Source of the DNA: Moniliella sp. 'wahieum'
Taxonomy: Eukaryota
Assembly: GCA_003971905.1 (NCBI GenBank)
Contig: RSEE01000048.1
Span: forward strand, 186,001-250,000
Direction: 5' to 3'
DNA length: 64,000 nucleotides
A program made the position numbers and the translations under genes. This document shows, one piece after another, positions 13,451 through 27,499 of the stretch (within the stretch, counting starts at the first letter, position 1; every line of letters begins with the position of its first letter). The notes beneath the pieces are model-generated. The model saw only the letters and a list, made by a program, of their open reading frames with translations. It had not been told where the DNA came from and made no database searches.

Positions 13451-14467
13451 ATGGAGGACACGGTCGTGGCGGGTGCGTTCGCGGGGCTGGTGTCAGCCGT
13501 GCTCACCTGCCCGTTGACGTGGTCAAGACCCAGCAGCAAGCTCATGGCGCCTTCGCTCGTGGTGTCGGTCCTTTTCATGGAGCCGGTACTGAAGCTCGCG
13601 GGGTCCGCCATACTTCTAAGGCATCACGACCCCCGACAACGGCTACGGCGCGTCAGATTGCTCCCAAATCTTGCCAAAGACGCATCCGGGGGTTGTACCA
13701 TGGGCTGGGACCGACCGCCCTCGGCTACCTCCTACCTGGGCCATCTACTTTTCCGTATATTCCGAGTGTAAGAAGCGCTTGGCCAAAGTGTATGGTACAG
13801 GTGACATGCAGTTACCCAGCACATTCTTTCAGCAATGGTGGCCGGCTCGGCGAGCGTGGTAATTACATCGCCTTTGTGGGTGATCAAGACGAGGTTTATG
13901 GTGCAAGCACTGCCACACGCTGGGGATGAGGCGCCGTATCGCAACACCTTTGACTCGTTTGTGCGCATTTACCGAAGCGAAGGTTGGGGGTTCTACAAAG
14001 GTCTGGTGCCATCCTTGATGGGGTGAGCCATGTGGCGATTCAGTTCCCGTTGTATGATGGGTTGAAGCGCACGCTTCACCGCCGACTTGGTCGTGGGCCA
14101 ACCGAACCATTTAGCGTCTACGAAATTCTCGCGTGCTCTGCGTCCAGTAAATGGTCGCCTCGTGCCTCACTACCCCCACGAAGTGCTGCGTACCCGGTTG
14201 CAAATGCAGCCTGCGGCAATGGCCTCCCCCACTGCTCATGCGCGAGCAGGGGAGAGGATAGGGTTGGTGGACACAATTCGGGATATATGGTCCCTCTCGG
14301 GCGCGGGTTCTACCAAGGCATGTGGGTTAACTTGGCGCGCACCGTGCCCAACGCGGCAGCCACGATCCTGGCGTATGTATTGCTGTTCTGATGGATAAAG
14401 ACGTGCTCAGTACTGACCTGGAAGCAGATACGAGTTGGTGCTCCAGAAGCTACAATCTCTGCACTAA
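13451..14467 (+). CDS. Mitochondrial carrier, NAD+ transporter (Ndt1/Yia6)-like subfamily
   Basis: Three Px[D/E/W]xx[K/R]T[R/Q] signatures (CPLDVVKTQ, SPLWVIKTR, YPHEVLRTR) and 'GLGPTALGYLPTWAIYFSVY', typical of NAD+/folate-type carriers. Last intron 14373-14427 gives the end YELVLQKLQSLH*. Confidence 0.85.
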
Positions 14468-16211
14468 CCGTAGGAGTCGAGCCCCTCAAGATTACGCCTG
14501 GACAACCTTTTCATTGTTGGGCCTATCATCCACAATTACGCACCGACTCGCGCCATATCCGGCTCACCCTTGCTTCTCTCGAGCTGCACGCTGTTGTCAT
14601 TTTGGAAGGAGGCATCGAGGCGTTTAGGTCTATCCTCATACATCGCTTTTACAACGCCAGTGTTTGCCAAGGAGACGATTGTCCCAGTCCTATCCGAGAG
14701 TTATCGTTTCCGCCCTCTCGGACCACACGAAATCATTACTGCAATACCGAACGGTCATGAATGCGTCCGCAAACTAGCCCTCTCAAAAAAGCTGGAACCG
14801 TAGGACTACACGAAGTCCTATTCATGCCCTTACAATGGAAGGTGCTCAGCTCGCGTAAGGGCCTCGCTATACACGCTACACGGCTGGTAAGCAGACCCCT
14901 CATTCTCTTGTTGGGGGCACTATCACGATCTTCGCTATGGGCACTTTTTCCCTCCGTGCATTCTACAGCTGTGGACGGCAGTGGCGCGCGCGACTGATTG
15001 TGATGGTCTATGATTCCGACGGGTACGCGTCCCCCATTCACCTTCAGCATGTGCTCACTAGATTGTTCTTGTTGGCTCCGTATGATGTTTCTTTCCCGTG
15101 GCGGGCTTGCCCCCCTCCATGGGCTCGGCATATGGCGCGCGGGACCTCGCATCTCCCGCCACCGTCCAGAATAAATGGCGGAGTATGAGGTATAGCAGGG
15201 TCGCCGTCACTAAGGTTCACACGAACATGTCATTCCATGATGGAGGAGGGAGTCATAGTGAGGATCATCCGGTCACTAGCTGAAAGGGCGCTAAAGGGGC
15301 GATTGAGTATGGAAAGCCGTACGACGTTGGGCTGGTCAGCATGATGTGGCTGCTAGATTGACGCCCACAAGTACTGGACTGGCAGCTGTCGCCTGACTGC
15401 GTGAGGGGTATGGCAGACCGGGGGTAAATCTCGAGCCGGAGCCACGTTACGCGTTAATCACGACCAAGCCGTTGGAGCTCGGGGTGGCTATCGAGCCATG
15501 CTGCCTGGAGAGACGCTCCACGCGGAGGAGCCACCGAAGCAGTGTTGGTCAATGGATTTGCTTTCTGGTTTTGGGTGGCTGCGATGCACGACGCATGATG
15601 CATGACCGGTGACCAATGCACAATGGCTGTGACTGACCGGTGACCTGCCTGACCAGTTTCCCACTGCCGGAGTCTGAGCGTTGAGCCTCCGCCTCCATGC
15701 AGCAGCAACACGCCTGGCTGGCCAGGGTCCCAGCGGCCACACTGGCCCCCGGCTGCGGCGCGAGCGACGCGTGGGGCTCTCACCAGCCCCTGCACGGCGC
15801 CGCTCTCTGACTCGCAGGTGATTGAGCGAGCACCGCTGATCCCTACGCATCACACTGCCGCCGTGCGGACTACAGGGGGCATCGACACGCCCAGCGCGCC
15901 CAGCACCAGGGCACTGCGACGGCCAACGCTCGTCCAGTCGCTCAGGCGCGGGGGGGCGAGGCATTCGGCCTGCGGGCGTGCGGCCTGAGGGCGTGAGGCT
16001 GGCTCAGGCCGGAGCCGAGAACATGGCCCTCGGGATCTTGCGACTCCACTCTCCACCACCACGACCGCCGTTGGCATCACCAACACCTTCTCTTTCATCA
16101 TAACCACGCCTCTCTCGCCACCTCCCGCGCTGATCTCGGGGAGCGTGTGAACTCGATCCAGCTCCCTCTGCGCTTCCATAGCGCACCGCCATTGCGGCTG
16201 CGCTGTCTCTG

Positions 16212-19200
16212 ATGCACCGCTCACCACCTGCATCCAGACGCGCGCCTCGCTGCTCTCGGCGCCCGTCCTGCTGCTCCTTGTCGTTGGCCTTGCCTCTCTG
16301 CCGTTTGCATATGCGTCCCACTACACCCCGCTCGCCCTGCGCCAACAGAACGGGGGCCTGCAAGGGAGTGGCAGCAGCGCTGGCCCCCTTGGCCTCCTCA
16401 GGCTCCGATTCCCCCGTTGCCCCCCACATTCCCGATGTTTCGTTCACCAACCAAATGGAGCCATGGCTGTTTATGGCCGTACTCAACGATGGAAATGTCA
16501 CTCTTGCAGGCGGCCGCCACGACAGACACACGACTGATATCTCCTTCTCCTCGTGTGATGGACATACCCAACAGGCTGTCGCTCCCGAGGCACGCATCAA
16601 CGTCTCGGCAGTCTTGCCCACATCAACCCTTCTAATCATACCCCGGGTTCTCCTGCCCGGGGCGAGCTCAAGATTGTCGCACTGGGCGCTATCAATACCT
16701 TGACTGATGCCGTTCAGAATGGCTCGCGTCTCGTCAGTACGTACCCTTCCTGCGCCCGTTGATGAACCCATGGCTGATCATATTCCCTCTTGCAGGCTCG
16801 GTTGAGACGAACACCAACTTCCTTACCTTTCCAGTCACCTACAAGCTCGAGAGTTTGTGTGACCGCATCTGGCCGGTTGGTCCGGACAATGGCCACCCCT
16901 TGGCTGGTCAGTACCAGTCGTGTAGCTACGGTCCTGGTCCTGTTGCTTTTGGCGTATCGGTGCCCCTGGAACACGAATACGTACTTGGTTTGCTCCAAAC
17001 GCATCCGCATCAGCGACTCATCAACCCCGGCTTTGACGATCAGTTGTATCGACGTGACGGTGTCCCCATACAAGAGGCATGCGTGGTACTGGGACTTCTT
17101 CCTATGGCTGCCTGCTGCTCTGGTGATCGCCTACTTTATCTTGACCACCGTTTCGCGAATGTTACGTCAATTACGCTCCGCAACCTGGCTTTCAAACATA
17201 AGGCTCGCCTGGCGGCGAGCCCAATCTTTGGAAGGACAAGCTAGCGCCGACCATGACGGATGTGTTGGGTGGCGACTCGGTCATCAAGAGCTCAGCGCTG
17301 CTCCGGTTTGTCACACCGGGCTTTGCGATCTGCTGCTTTATATTCAGTTTGTCAGTGTCCTGAGCATGATGGCGGTGCGATGGCCTGAGTATGCCTACCC
17401 CTACTTTCGTCAGACTGCCTGGGCATCGCTCTGGGCAACGTGACACTCGTCCAGCCGAGCGGAGTGGACAGGCTCCATGCGTTAAGTAGCAATGCCTTCC
17501 TTCCCGCTACCCCCGCCGGTTCGCCCGATTTCGCAACGCAAATGACTTCTAACACTTCCAGCCCACTCTACCTCGACACACAAACGCCCAACACCTTTCT
17601 CAATCTCAATGGCTCCTTGTACGGTATGAGAGCTATGCCCATATGCTCGGCCTGCGGGCGGTCGACGTATTTGGCACTACGACGGCCATCTGGCTGATTA
17701 TGGTCGGCGTCGTGACAGTCGTCAGTCTGGTGGTATGGCTCATCGACAAAAGCCACACCCATCCTGCACAAACAACAGCGCGATGAGGGGTACACTTTTG
17801 AGCTCACTAGTGCGGCGGACGAAATGGAAAAGAGAGGGCATGGCAAAGTGAACCAAGCGCTTCAACGCGTTTGGCTCCCACATCAATTCGTATGCTGGCA
17901 ATTTGCTGCGGCTCTTGATCTTGTTCCATCTCCCGTTGACCATTACAAGCGTGTATCACTTTAGCACCTTTGCTTCCCCACCCAGGCACTACTGCTTGCG
18001 CTGCCCTTTCTTTTCCTTCTTTTGCGTTCTGGCCCCAGCGCTCGTGCTATGGAGGCTGTGCACACACGGTGCGGAAGCGTTATGGTCGGACAAGCAGCTG
18101 CTGTTGAGTTATGGCCCGTTGTACAACTATTATGATGGTAACTCGCACTTGTTCCCCATCATCACGTTTGCCCACTCGCTTGTTTTGGGCATTGTGATTG
18201 GCGCAGGGCAGAAAAGCGGGTCGGCTCAAGCGATCATCTTCCTCATCCTCGAGGTCCTCTTGGCCCTGGCTTACATTCTCTGGCTGCCCTGGGGCGAGGG
18301 GGCAACGATGGCTCCATTGAGCTTTACGTGGAGCGTAGCTCGGATCGCCACTGCGGTGCTCGTCCTCCTTCTGAGTTCCGTCGTGAACTTGTCGTTGCAA
18401 GCTCGAGGATGGATCACATACGTCATTCTGCTCATCCAAGCCATTATGGCCGTTGGCTTTGTTCTTCTTCTTTTGGTCAAAGTGGCAGAGGCACTGGTAC
18501 GGATTGGATGGAAAGTATCGTTTGACGACAACAACTCTGCCCGCAACACAGGCTTGGGCGGGACCATGCACCGGATCCGTCGGCGCAAATACAAGACGCA
18601 TCAGTTGCGCAAGCCCAGCCGCAGACGACCCAAGGCGCAGACGCCTGCTTCGCGCAGTCGCACGCCGAGCATGAACCTCATTGGTAACAAAGCTTCCCCC
18701 AGTGACTACGCGTCCAGCCCCTACGCGGCATATTTTGCTTCCGAGCCTACCGACGAAGGGCAATCATGTCTGCCCTCCCCCCTTGCACGGGGCGGACGGG
18801 GTTCCTTCGGCTGATAGTCAGCCCCGCGGGTTTATTCGGTTGGGTGGGGGCCGAACCACGGACGAGACGCCGTCGTACGATGTGCATGATCCCCCACCGG
18901 GCTCCTCAACTCAAGCTCCTCCCAAAAAGAAGCGAGGCGCGCGAGGACTGTGGTGGAGAAAGGTGCCGGCCGAGTCGGGCAACGAGTCCCTAGCTCGTCG
19001 GACGACGATGACGCCTATGACCTTGGATTCCATACTGCGCCGACCAGTACCCACCAGCGTCCAAGGGGAGAAAATGGGGCTTGGCCGGCGCACTGAAGAG
19101 GGTCGGTGGATCCTCACGCCTCATTCCGACGAGGTAGAAGAGTTGAATGAGTTGACAGCCCTACCTACTTCCAGCACCAGCACACCCGCCTTCTCCGTCG

Positions 19201-19760
19201 TGCGACCACCGCGGGAACACTTTCAGCCCTCTCGGCCGCATCAGGAACTCGGACGGCAGAGCCTGCATCTACCTCTCCTGTAGCGATTCCCATGGAATCG
19301 GTCGGGAGCGGTACGAGCGTTGGGGGTTCTCAGCCACACCCTCCATGGGGAGCACAGGCACCAGCGGTGGCACCGGCAAACCAGCGTTGCGAAGCGCTCC
19401 GATGGCCGCTGGCGGTCATTCTGTCGAATCAGGTGAGATCTCGAGTCCCGCGAGCCCTCACTTGAAGGCACCCATTCGCACCCCGCAGCAGCTCTACTCG
19501 CTGTCGGAGAGCACCCATGCCTCTTCCGAGCCAGTGTATTGGCTTCAGTCTGATCCAGCCGAGGCACACACAGCCGCTGGCTTGCACCTCGAATTCAGGA
19601 ACCCCAGCAGAACGCTGGTGCGGCCCACCGAGAGCCGAAGGCTTCCTCTCGTCCCTCCCAGCCCTTGTCGGCAGCGGACATGTACTCTCCTGCAGGCCAA
19701 GGGTTGTCGACAAGCAACCCGTTCAGCTCTTCCACTCACAACCCCTCGCTTCTTAGTGTA
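16212..19760 (+). CDS. Flc/Pkd2-type fungal TRP-like membrane protein
   Basis: N-terminal luminal region with 'ISFSSCD..INVSAV'. Then 'LRFVTPGLCDLLLYIQFVSVLSMMAVRWPEYAYP', 'LLRLLILFHLPLT', 'LLSYGPLYNYY' and multiple TM helices, followed by a long disordered tail. Both ends are approximate. Confidence 0.8.
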
Positions 19761-20829
19761 GGCGCCAGCGTGCACTCGCGCCGTGTTGTGGAGGGTCAGA
19801 GTGCGGAGATTTTGACGCTGGACGACGACTAGCGCCCAAGGCTTTGTGCGTTTCTCCATCTCCTTCCCAGTAACCACGACCCGTTTCCAAGTTGTTGAAG
19901 CTTGACGCTCGCCTCCTTTTATTTGCCCTCCCACGCCCTTCATCCTCCTTGCCTCTTCCTCTCTTCTCCGACAGTTTCCTGCTCGTTGCGCCCGAGGGGC
20001 TTTTCTGTTGCTCTTGGCACGTATATCCCAACACGTCTGGTGTTGTCCATCAAGTCTATCTTGTTTAACCGTGCAGACCCATAGTGAGTCCGAGTGAGGC
20101 GTTTCGGTTATGGATCGCATCAGGTGTACTGATGGGCAATGACGCGAAGGTAGTCGAGGAGAGCACTTGTGCAAATGTCTCACGTGTATCCCTCCCTTTC
20201 CGCCTCTGGGCGATGGTGAGTAACCCGCGATACGTCTTTGAAGCTTGGTTTCGCAAACGCGTCACGACCGCCACTCTCGGGTCACCCAAGCACCGCACCC
20301 AGTCCACCCAAGGAAGCACTTTGGCCGAACAGGGGGGCGTGGGTCTGGAGTCATTTCCCGATTCTTCCATATCGTTCGTTGCTTTCGTATCTGTTCTCTT
20401 CTCCCGACCATCGTAGTGGCAGACCCCGCGCCCAGGTGGGGAGTCTAGTAATTATCCAGGAACCACAGGCTGCGACTTAACCCTTTCTCGCGTATAGCAC
20501 GCCATTTTCCCCTCGCTCCAGGAAAACTCCCTATTTCATCTGCTTGAAAACTCATCATGTAAACACAATTGACGGTTGTACGATTAGAGGACAAGGGTGG
20601 CTAGATCGGGTAGACCAAACGACGGTCTTGCAGTACTCGCCAAACGAGGAGGAAAGAGAGGGTGGGATACAAAACCAAACTGCTCTGCCAAAAGAGAGAT
20701 CGTCGAATCAGGCAGAATGGAGCGGACAGATCGAGCAGAGATCCGATAGGCCAAAGTACAGTACAAAGAGGGAAGCTACAGCAAAAAAGGCGGCCGGAAA
20801 CCGGGAGCAGGGTTCGACTCGCCTCTGAC

Positions 20830-23800
20830 TCGCCATGAGGAGTGAGGGTCGGGTAATAAGGGAATCAAGGGGAAGGCACCTGTAGAGGTACAGAACCCAG
20901 ATGCGGAGGAACAGGCTCAGATGGCAAAGATGGGCCACGCACCAGTTCCCTCGGTTGCCGGCCCAAAGTCCAGCACATCACGTGGGGTTGCAAGGAGAGT
21001 AGGGGGGTAGGTGACGCCCATCCTGGGGACCAACCGTCGTGGGATGGGCTTGACTGGTTCCTCCTGCAAGGGAAAGAGGGTTGGACGGGTGGAAGGAAAT
21101 GTCCTTGCTCGTCGGTGAAAAGTCCTTTACGTACCCGCCGGGGGAGAAGACAACTCGTCCGCCTCCAAAGGCGACGAGGGCATATCCTGCGCGCGGGAAC
21201 GGCAGGTTGGGCCCTGGTCTTGATGGCTTGTCGCCCCCTTGCCTGAGGGGGGACGAGGGAGCAAGTAGCCCCCCAAGCCATACAGTACGGTGCTGGTCAT
21301 CCCCAGTAGGGACGAGCTGTTGACAACCTGACGGGACTGCTGCCATTCGGGACGAGAATCGCGTCTGGCGCGGCGCAAGTCTCGCAACGGCAACCCTGTC
21401 AGCGGTACAGGGGGAAGATCCAAGCTGTCCAACGAGCTGGACAGAGGGGAAGGCCGAGCTCGGTATTGATCCGAAAAAGTCGTGCGCGTCCACCCTGGAG
21501 TCTGGGACACCGTCGGCGGGGGTTGTTCTCCATGAGCTTGAGCGGCCACGTGCTTCTGCTGGGCCCATTTTTTCTTCGCCTTGGAGGTGGCAGAGGAAAA
21601 GGACCAAGTTAGAGCCGGGAACAATTCCACCTCCTCATCACCAAAGGCGGTCCCTGGTCCATGGCCAGCATGGGCGAGGGTTCCGGTCGCATGTCCTCCG
21701 TTTGAGGTTCGGGTGGAGAGGAAACCCCGTGGCTTTCGGCCCCGGGCGAACTGGTCCCATGGCTGTCCCCCAACTTGGCAACGATGAGCCAGAGAATCCG
21801 TCGCGTACGACGGCATTCTGAGTCATCCCTGTTTGTACCGCAGACGAGGTTTTGGCGAACATGTCTGCAGGCACGTCTTCCGCAACGGGTAAGCCTGCAG
21901 GCACGCCTTCCCCGAGAGGCACATCGAATCCGTCTCGTTCCATGTCAATCGATTCCGATCGCTGGTCCCCATGCTCTGGCATTTGACGTTCCATGTAGGG
22001 TGTGGAACAGCGTCAGGCGCATCGGGCAAACAGGGGGGCAAACTACGTCCTGGTCCCTGGGGTAATGGAGGAAGGGAAGAAGCCGGGAAAGACCGTCGTC
22101 CGAGCTGCCGATGCGAAAGGTGTTTCGTGCCTCGGAAATCGAGATTTCTACAGCCTCGGCCGGACAGAGGAATTGGACAGGTGAAAGCGGCGAAGAGGTG
22201 GCGTCTTCGTTCCAAGAGGGGATGAAGACCGAGGTGGCTCCCCTCGATGAACGATTGGACCGGTGCGGTGGCCTCGGCCGAGACCGATACTGAGAGCGAC
22301 ATGGATCCAGGCGTTGGAGAAACGGGGAGACTTGGGGGAGCCGGAGCCGGGGCCGGAGCAAGGGCAGGTGGTATGGGCTGAAGCGAGCTTTGTGACGTCT
22401 CGGCGAGCGAACGTTCCAATTGCTGTTCTGCCTCGGCGCGGCGCTGCTTCTCGTGCTCAAGGGTGGCGGCCAAGGTGAAGATTTGTTGACGCATGTCTGC
22501 CAACAACTTAATCGTCTCCTCCGCTGGAGGGTGGGCAGGATCAACAAGGGGGGTGGAGACGCCGCGTGGACTCAGGCCAGGGCTCAGTCCTCCAGGTACC
22601 GAGCCAAAGGACCGGCCAACACTGCCGTTGGGCTGGCCTCCCCTCCTGTCTGGGTGGGGGGCAGCAGTTCCCGCGCCGTGACCCGATCTTCCCCTGGCAC
22701 TTCCACCCCAGCCCGATCGAGGTACTTGAGCAGTCGTTGTGCCTTGCCTGCCAAGACGGCGCGGCTGAGCGCCTCAGCCTGCCCTCGCTCCTTTTCTACC
22801 AATAAGAGGACTCAAGGTCGCCGCAGCGCTGACGGCCATCCCATCAACGTCTTCCAGATACGTATCTCGCTCAGCCGACGTGTCAGCAAGTGTGCTCTCC
22901 AATTCGGCAATCGCCAACCGGGACGCGTCTGCCTCCTTTTGCGTCCGAGTTCGTTCTTCCATTGCCTGGAGGGCCTTTGCTTCCCACTCTAACGATACGT
23001 CCCGGGCCTCTTGCAGCGCTGCTTGCGCTTCAGCCACTTGGTTCCGCAATTTCGTCAGCTCCGCCTCGGATGCATCCCGGGCGCACTGCCGGGCCGCATC
23101 AAGCTGCGCCAGGGTATCCGCATGCTTGGCCTGTTCCGTGTGGATATGCGACTGAGCCTTCTCCAGCTCTAATTGGAGGGTAGACAGCTGTTCTGCTCCT
23201 TTTTCAGCGCGCGTCTTGAGGTGCTCCCCGCTCAACTCCATCTGCATCACCGCGCCGTCCGGGGAGGAAGCGGGGGATTTGTGGTACCCGAGCCCACTTA
23301 GGCGGCGTTGGGGCACAGGCATGGGTGCATCGGGAGTGGATCGACCTGGGGCTGCCATGGACGCTGAGGTGGCCAAGCGAAGCATCTTGAGTGAACTGGT
23401 GCTCGGCATAGACTGGCGCCACAGGGCACGGCGGCCCTGCCGACTCATCTGCCGTGCGGACAAAGGTGGTTCACTCGGATCAAGGTCGTAGGAAGGAGCG
23501 ACCAAGCTGCCGCGAAGCCAGCCGAAAGGACCAGGCTTTCCGGTCGCGGTGGTTTTTTGCTCCGTTTGGATTCCTCGTCATCTTCTCGTCGTCTTCTTCC
23601 ACTAATGTGTCCAGCCCCTCGTCGGAAGCAGGGTGAAAGGCAGGTTCGGGACTGGCCTTCTTCTCTGCTGAGGCGGTGCTCTTCTCGTTGGCCTCCAGCA
23701 GACGCGACGAGCGCCGTTCGTCCATCCCATCAATCCCATGCAGCTCATCAAACTCGGGCAACTGGACCGAGCTTTGGCTTCCGCCTGGTCGACCAATGGC

Positions 23801-24548
23801 GCCTCGCGATTAGGAGTAGAAGACGGGGGCAAGCTGAACGCAAGCGTGATGCTCGTTTGGGGCGACCTACCTCGCCCGGCATCCGCATCCGTTCTGCCCC
23901 AGCAATGCGGGGCTTCAGGATGGATCCAGGTAGGCGCGCGGGCCCGCGACCCTCGAGTTTTTCCAACGCCGTCAGCCGGCCCGCCGCGTCCTCCACGTCA
24001 GCAGCAAATCTCTGGTTTGTCCACCAAGTCCCATGGGAAACTAATGTCGCTTGGCTGGAACCTCGAGAGGCCGAGCCAAATAGAACAGCGGCATCCATCA
24101 CGCCCGACCCGCGAGCACTGGTTCGTTGGTTACCTCCCTCGGACACACCTAGTGGACCGAGCGAGGCCAAGCCAAACCCCACGCCACCCATCATCTCCAT
24201 ACTCTGTCGTTTGGTCGCAATGCTACCTTGGCGAAGGTGGCGGGAAGCTCGCTTGCTGGTCCGTTGGCAGGAGGTCGGAGGGGGCTCGTCGTGCTGCGAG
24301 GCAGCGCAGCGGGATCGGGATCTGTGCAGCACGCGGCGGGCAATGGACAACATAAGGGGGCCGCTTCGTCTTCATCAATCCAGGCATGCGCATTGGATGG
24401 GTGGAAGGTGGCAGCGGAGGTGCCGGTCCATGCTCAATGCCGAGAACGATGGAAGTGCGTTCGACTGGGCCCAGTTTCAAGCCCGATGGGCTGCGAGCGT
24501 GAGCAAGGGAACGAGATCCAAGGCGGGAGTGGCCGCGGGCATGGCCAT
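20830..24548 (-). CDS. Large hypothetical protein with coiled-coil core and low-complexity termini
   Basis: Chain of overlapping minus-strand ORFs (23748-24353, 23480-23761, 22774-23505, 21823-22506, 20978-21607). Heptad-like stretches such as 'EQLSTLQLELEKAQSH..ELTKLRNQVAEAQAALQEAR'. No family recognised. Ends approximate. Confidence 0.6.
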
Positions 24549-27499
24549 ATGCGCCGGCTGCGACAAACACTGTTCCGCTTGGGCGAGGAAGGCGTAGGCG
24601 GGTAAGGAGCAGCGGGCACCTCGCCGCGTGGGAGGGAAAGAAGACGGAAGAGGTGCGGGAATGGCGTTTGTTGTGCGTGGTCGCGGCCGCACGGACGGGG
24701 GCGCATGCCGGCTCAGTGCGCGTGAATGACGGCGAGAGGCAAATATTGCCTCGGCTGGGGTAGGAACTGCTGCGAGTGGACGGGCCGCCTGGGGCGGAGG
24801 GTGCGGGGTTGGAGCCGCTGGAGAGCTGGGCCAGCCTAGCGCGCTTGGCGCGGAACGAGTTGAGCTAGAGACAGAGGCAGGGGCAGGGGAGACACAGAGG
24901 GTGTCAGTGGGGGAGCAACAGAAGCTGGGAGCTGCTCACCTTCTTGCGCGCCGCCTGGATGCGCTCATCGCGTCCGCGCGGGTCGGCGGCGGCTGGGGCG
25001 ATGGCAGGGACATCATGACGAGGGGGGGGCGTGGCAAAGTGCAAGCGGACAAGCACAGGCAAGAAGAGCCAGTGGGGGCGGGGGGGAGGGGGAAGGACTG
25101 TGGTGGCGGTGGCGGTGGCGGTGGTCGCTGTTGCAGTGGCTGGTGTTGTGTGGTTGTGGTTGTGGGGGGTCGTAGGCGCTGCGTTGGCTGTCGGGCTGAA
25201 GGCTGAGGCGAGGGGAGCGCTGACAGCTGTCGGCGGACGGCTGACTTCAGCCGGGCATGCAGCAGGCGTCGCCCAGTAGCTCGGAGCTCGCAACCAGCGA
25301 TCCCCGTGCGTCAGAGCACTGCCCCTGTGCCTGCGCCTCCATGGGGGCTGCCGTGGACACCTCATCGATCATCGATCTCGGTCATCGGTCGTGTCGGAAG
25401 CTCACCCACATGCTGCTGTGCCAGCCGTGCCTGCCTGGACGAATTCGTCAGCGCTGAGCCTCACCCATCATGCAAGACAGGGGCCACTGCTCCCTGCGGC
25501 GATGGCGCCCATCACGTGCCAAAGGCATGATTCGCAGTCGATCACCACAGGCCAGCACAGCGGCTGTCCCCCCACACAGCTCAGCCTCCGGCGCTGGCGC
25601 CGTGCCCACTGCCAGCCATGCCCATTCCTGTGCCTTTGAAATGTTCTCCCCATCTCGGGCTTATAAGACGAGCAATAACGGACCCGCGGGTTGGGCCAAA
25701 GACGCATCCACCAATCTGTGGCCGGGTATATATAGCAGAACGCTTGTGCTGCCTATAGGGCGTACACCCCATGGTGGAGAATGAAGCCTGAGGTAAGGAA
25801 CAACGGCACCGATCTGCTTCCATGCGGAGGAATGGGGTGGCTCAAAAGAGGGTGACATAGAACATGATGACTCTACTCATGAAGAGGTCTCGTCCATTGA
25901 AAAGGTGTACGATGACGACAACAGTATATAGTAGAGAAAGATCGACGTTCCATGCACCACCAACCCTCGGTGGTTACTCTCCCACTTTTGACACACAAAC
26001 TATAGTCGATCAGAAAAGGCGGGATGGAGGAGTTCTATGAACCTGCAAGAGCAAATGCTGGATGAAATCCGGAGAGACCATATGGCACTTTCGCTCCATA
26101 GTACGTTGTGTATAGACGCAGCCGTGGTGCCAACGGGCGCACAGTCCAGGGGCTATTCCCCCGGATCCCGTTCTCGGGCTTGCGGTTTCCACCCCTTATA
26201 TTCCCTTCATCGATCATCCATTGTTTTCACCTTCTCTTGTCTGCGTCTGCGAGAGGGTTGCGGATGTAAGTACTAAGCAAAGATAGGAACGAGGGGTATA
26301 TAAGAGCCAATTTTTCGCGGATCGTTTTGGCTTTCAGGATATACAACTGCTAGATGTGGGAGCAAGTTTCTCTCCGGAGGGATTCTCTCTGTGAGGCCCT
26401 ATGGGGATTACTAGGTTACTACTAGTGGGATCAGCGCGATCAGCAGCGCGCTCAGATCCCAGACGGCGTTCCGGGAACTCATCAGCCGTGAGCGCGCGTG
26501 AGCGCGTGATGAACTGCCATGCCGCCTTTTAAAAGTCACAAATTGGCAAGGTGAGATGAAGGCAAAGCGTCAGCGCGTCAGCTTCCCACACCGGTCACTA
26601 GCACTACGCACCTCAGTTCTCGATCTCAGCCCTCTTCTCAAATTGAAGGGCCTCATCAAGTAGGGTGTGTTGAGCTGAGAAAAAGAGCCCTCCGCGCCGG
26701 CAACAGAAGCGGTTACGGCGTATACATTGTGTTACTTCTATTCCTTTTTCCCTGCAAAGGGGCAGTGTAGGCGGTCCAGAATGTGGAGCACAGTGACCTG
26801 TTGGGGGTGGCTAGGATCTGTATTCAAAATGTGTGGCGGTCGGAGCCCCGGCGCCACACCATAATATAACTGGGCGTCTCCTGCCCGATGTTAACTGTTG
26901 CCGCATTCAGAACATTCAACGACTCCGCTATCACCCGTCGTTAATCTTAATCAAAAGGTTGAAGTTTGCTCACAAAATGCCACATCTCACAGACCTCTCA
27001 GCGCCTCAACATTCCCGCGTGTTGTCCGCAATGCTTCCTCTCGGCGCCACCCATCCGGAACACAACACGGTGGTATCCACCCCGGGTATAGCCGAATCTC
27101 TATAGGCAGAATAGACATACTGTTAAGGACACGTCAAACGTTTAAGGGGAGAGACCCGCCACACGGGAGGCGAATAGAAAGATCCTGTTACATATTAGGG
27201 GAGAAAAAGAGCGGCATACGTGTGGGCGACGAGATGCGTTCGATGTCTGCGCTTGCTCCTGCAGGTACCGTGCATTGAAGAGGATATCTGAGTGGACATC
27301 CCTCTCTTTGGCTCTGACCAAAATGATCGACCTAATCCTCTCCCTGCGTGCATGTTGCATGTAGCGTATTGTGGTTTTCGTGATTTAGCAGTAGTGTATA
27401 TATATACTGCTTTTAACCCCCGCATACATCAGTTTCCCCCCCCCGTTTCGCTTTCTTTGCCCTATCATCCCACGTTCTCTTCCTTCTGAGATTGCCAGC

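Noticed and set aside
9036..19760. Zn2Cys6 factor + carrier + channel as a metabolic gene cluster
   Set aside because: No biosynthetic or catabolic enzymes are adjacent. The neighbours are unrelated housekeeping genes.
20786..20836. GGCCGGAAACCGGGAGCAGG-GTTCGACTC..CCA, resembling SRP RNA helix 8 or a tRNA T-arm and 3' end
   Set aside because: It lacks the AGG of the SRP symmetric loop, and the T-stem does not pair. No D-arm or acceptor stem could be built. An Rfam/tRNAscan search would settle it.
26661..26720. GGGTG..GCTGAGA, resembling the start of a TPP riboswitch
   Set aside because: The downstream CUUGAU/CCUGAU..UAAU..CCAGCG core is absent and no thiamine gene is nearby.
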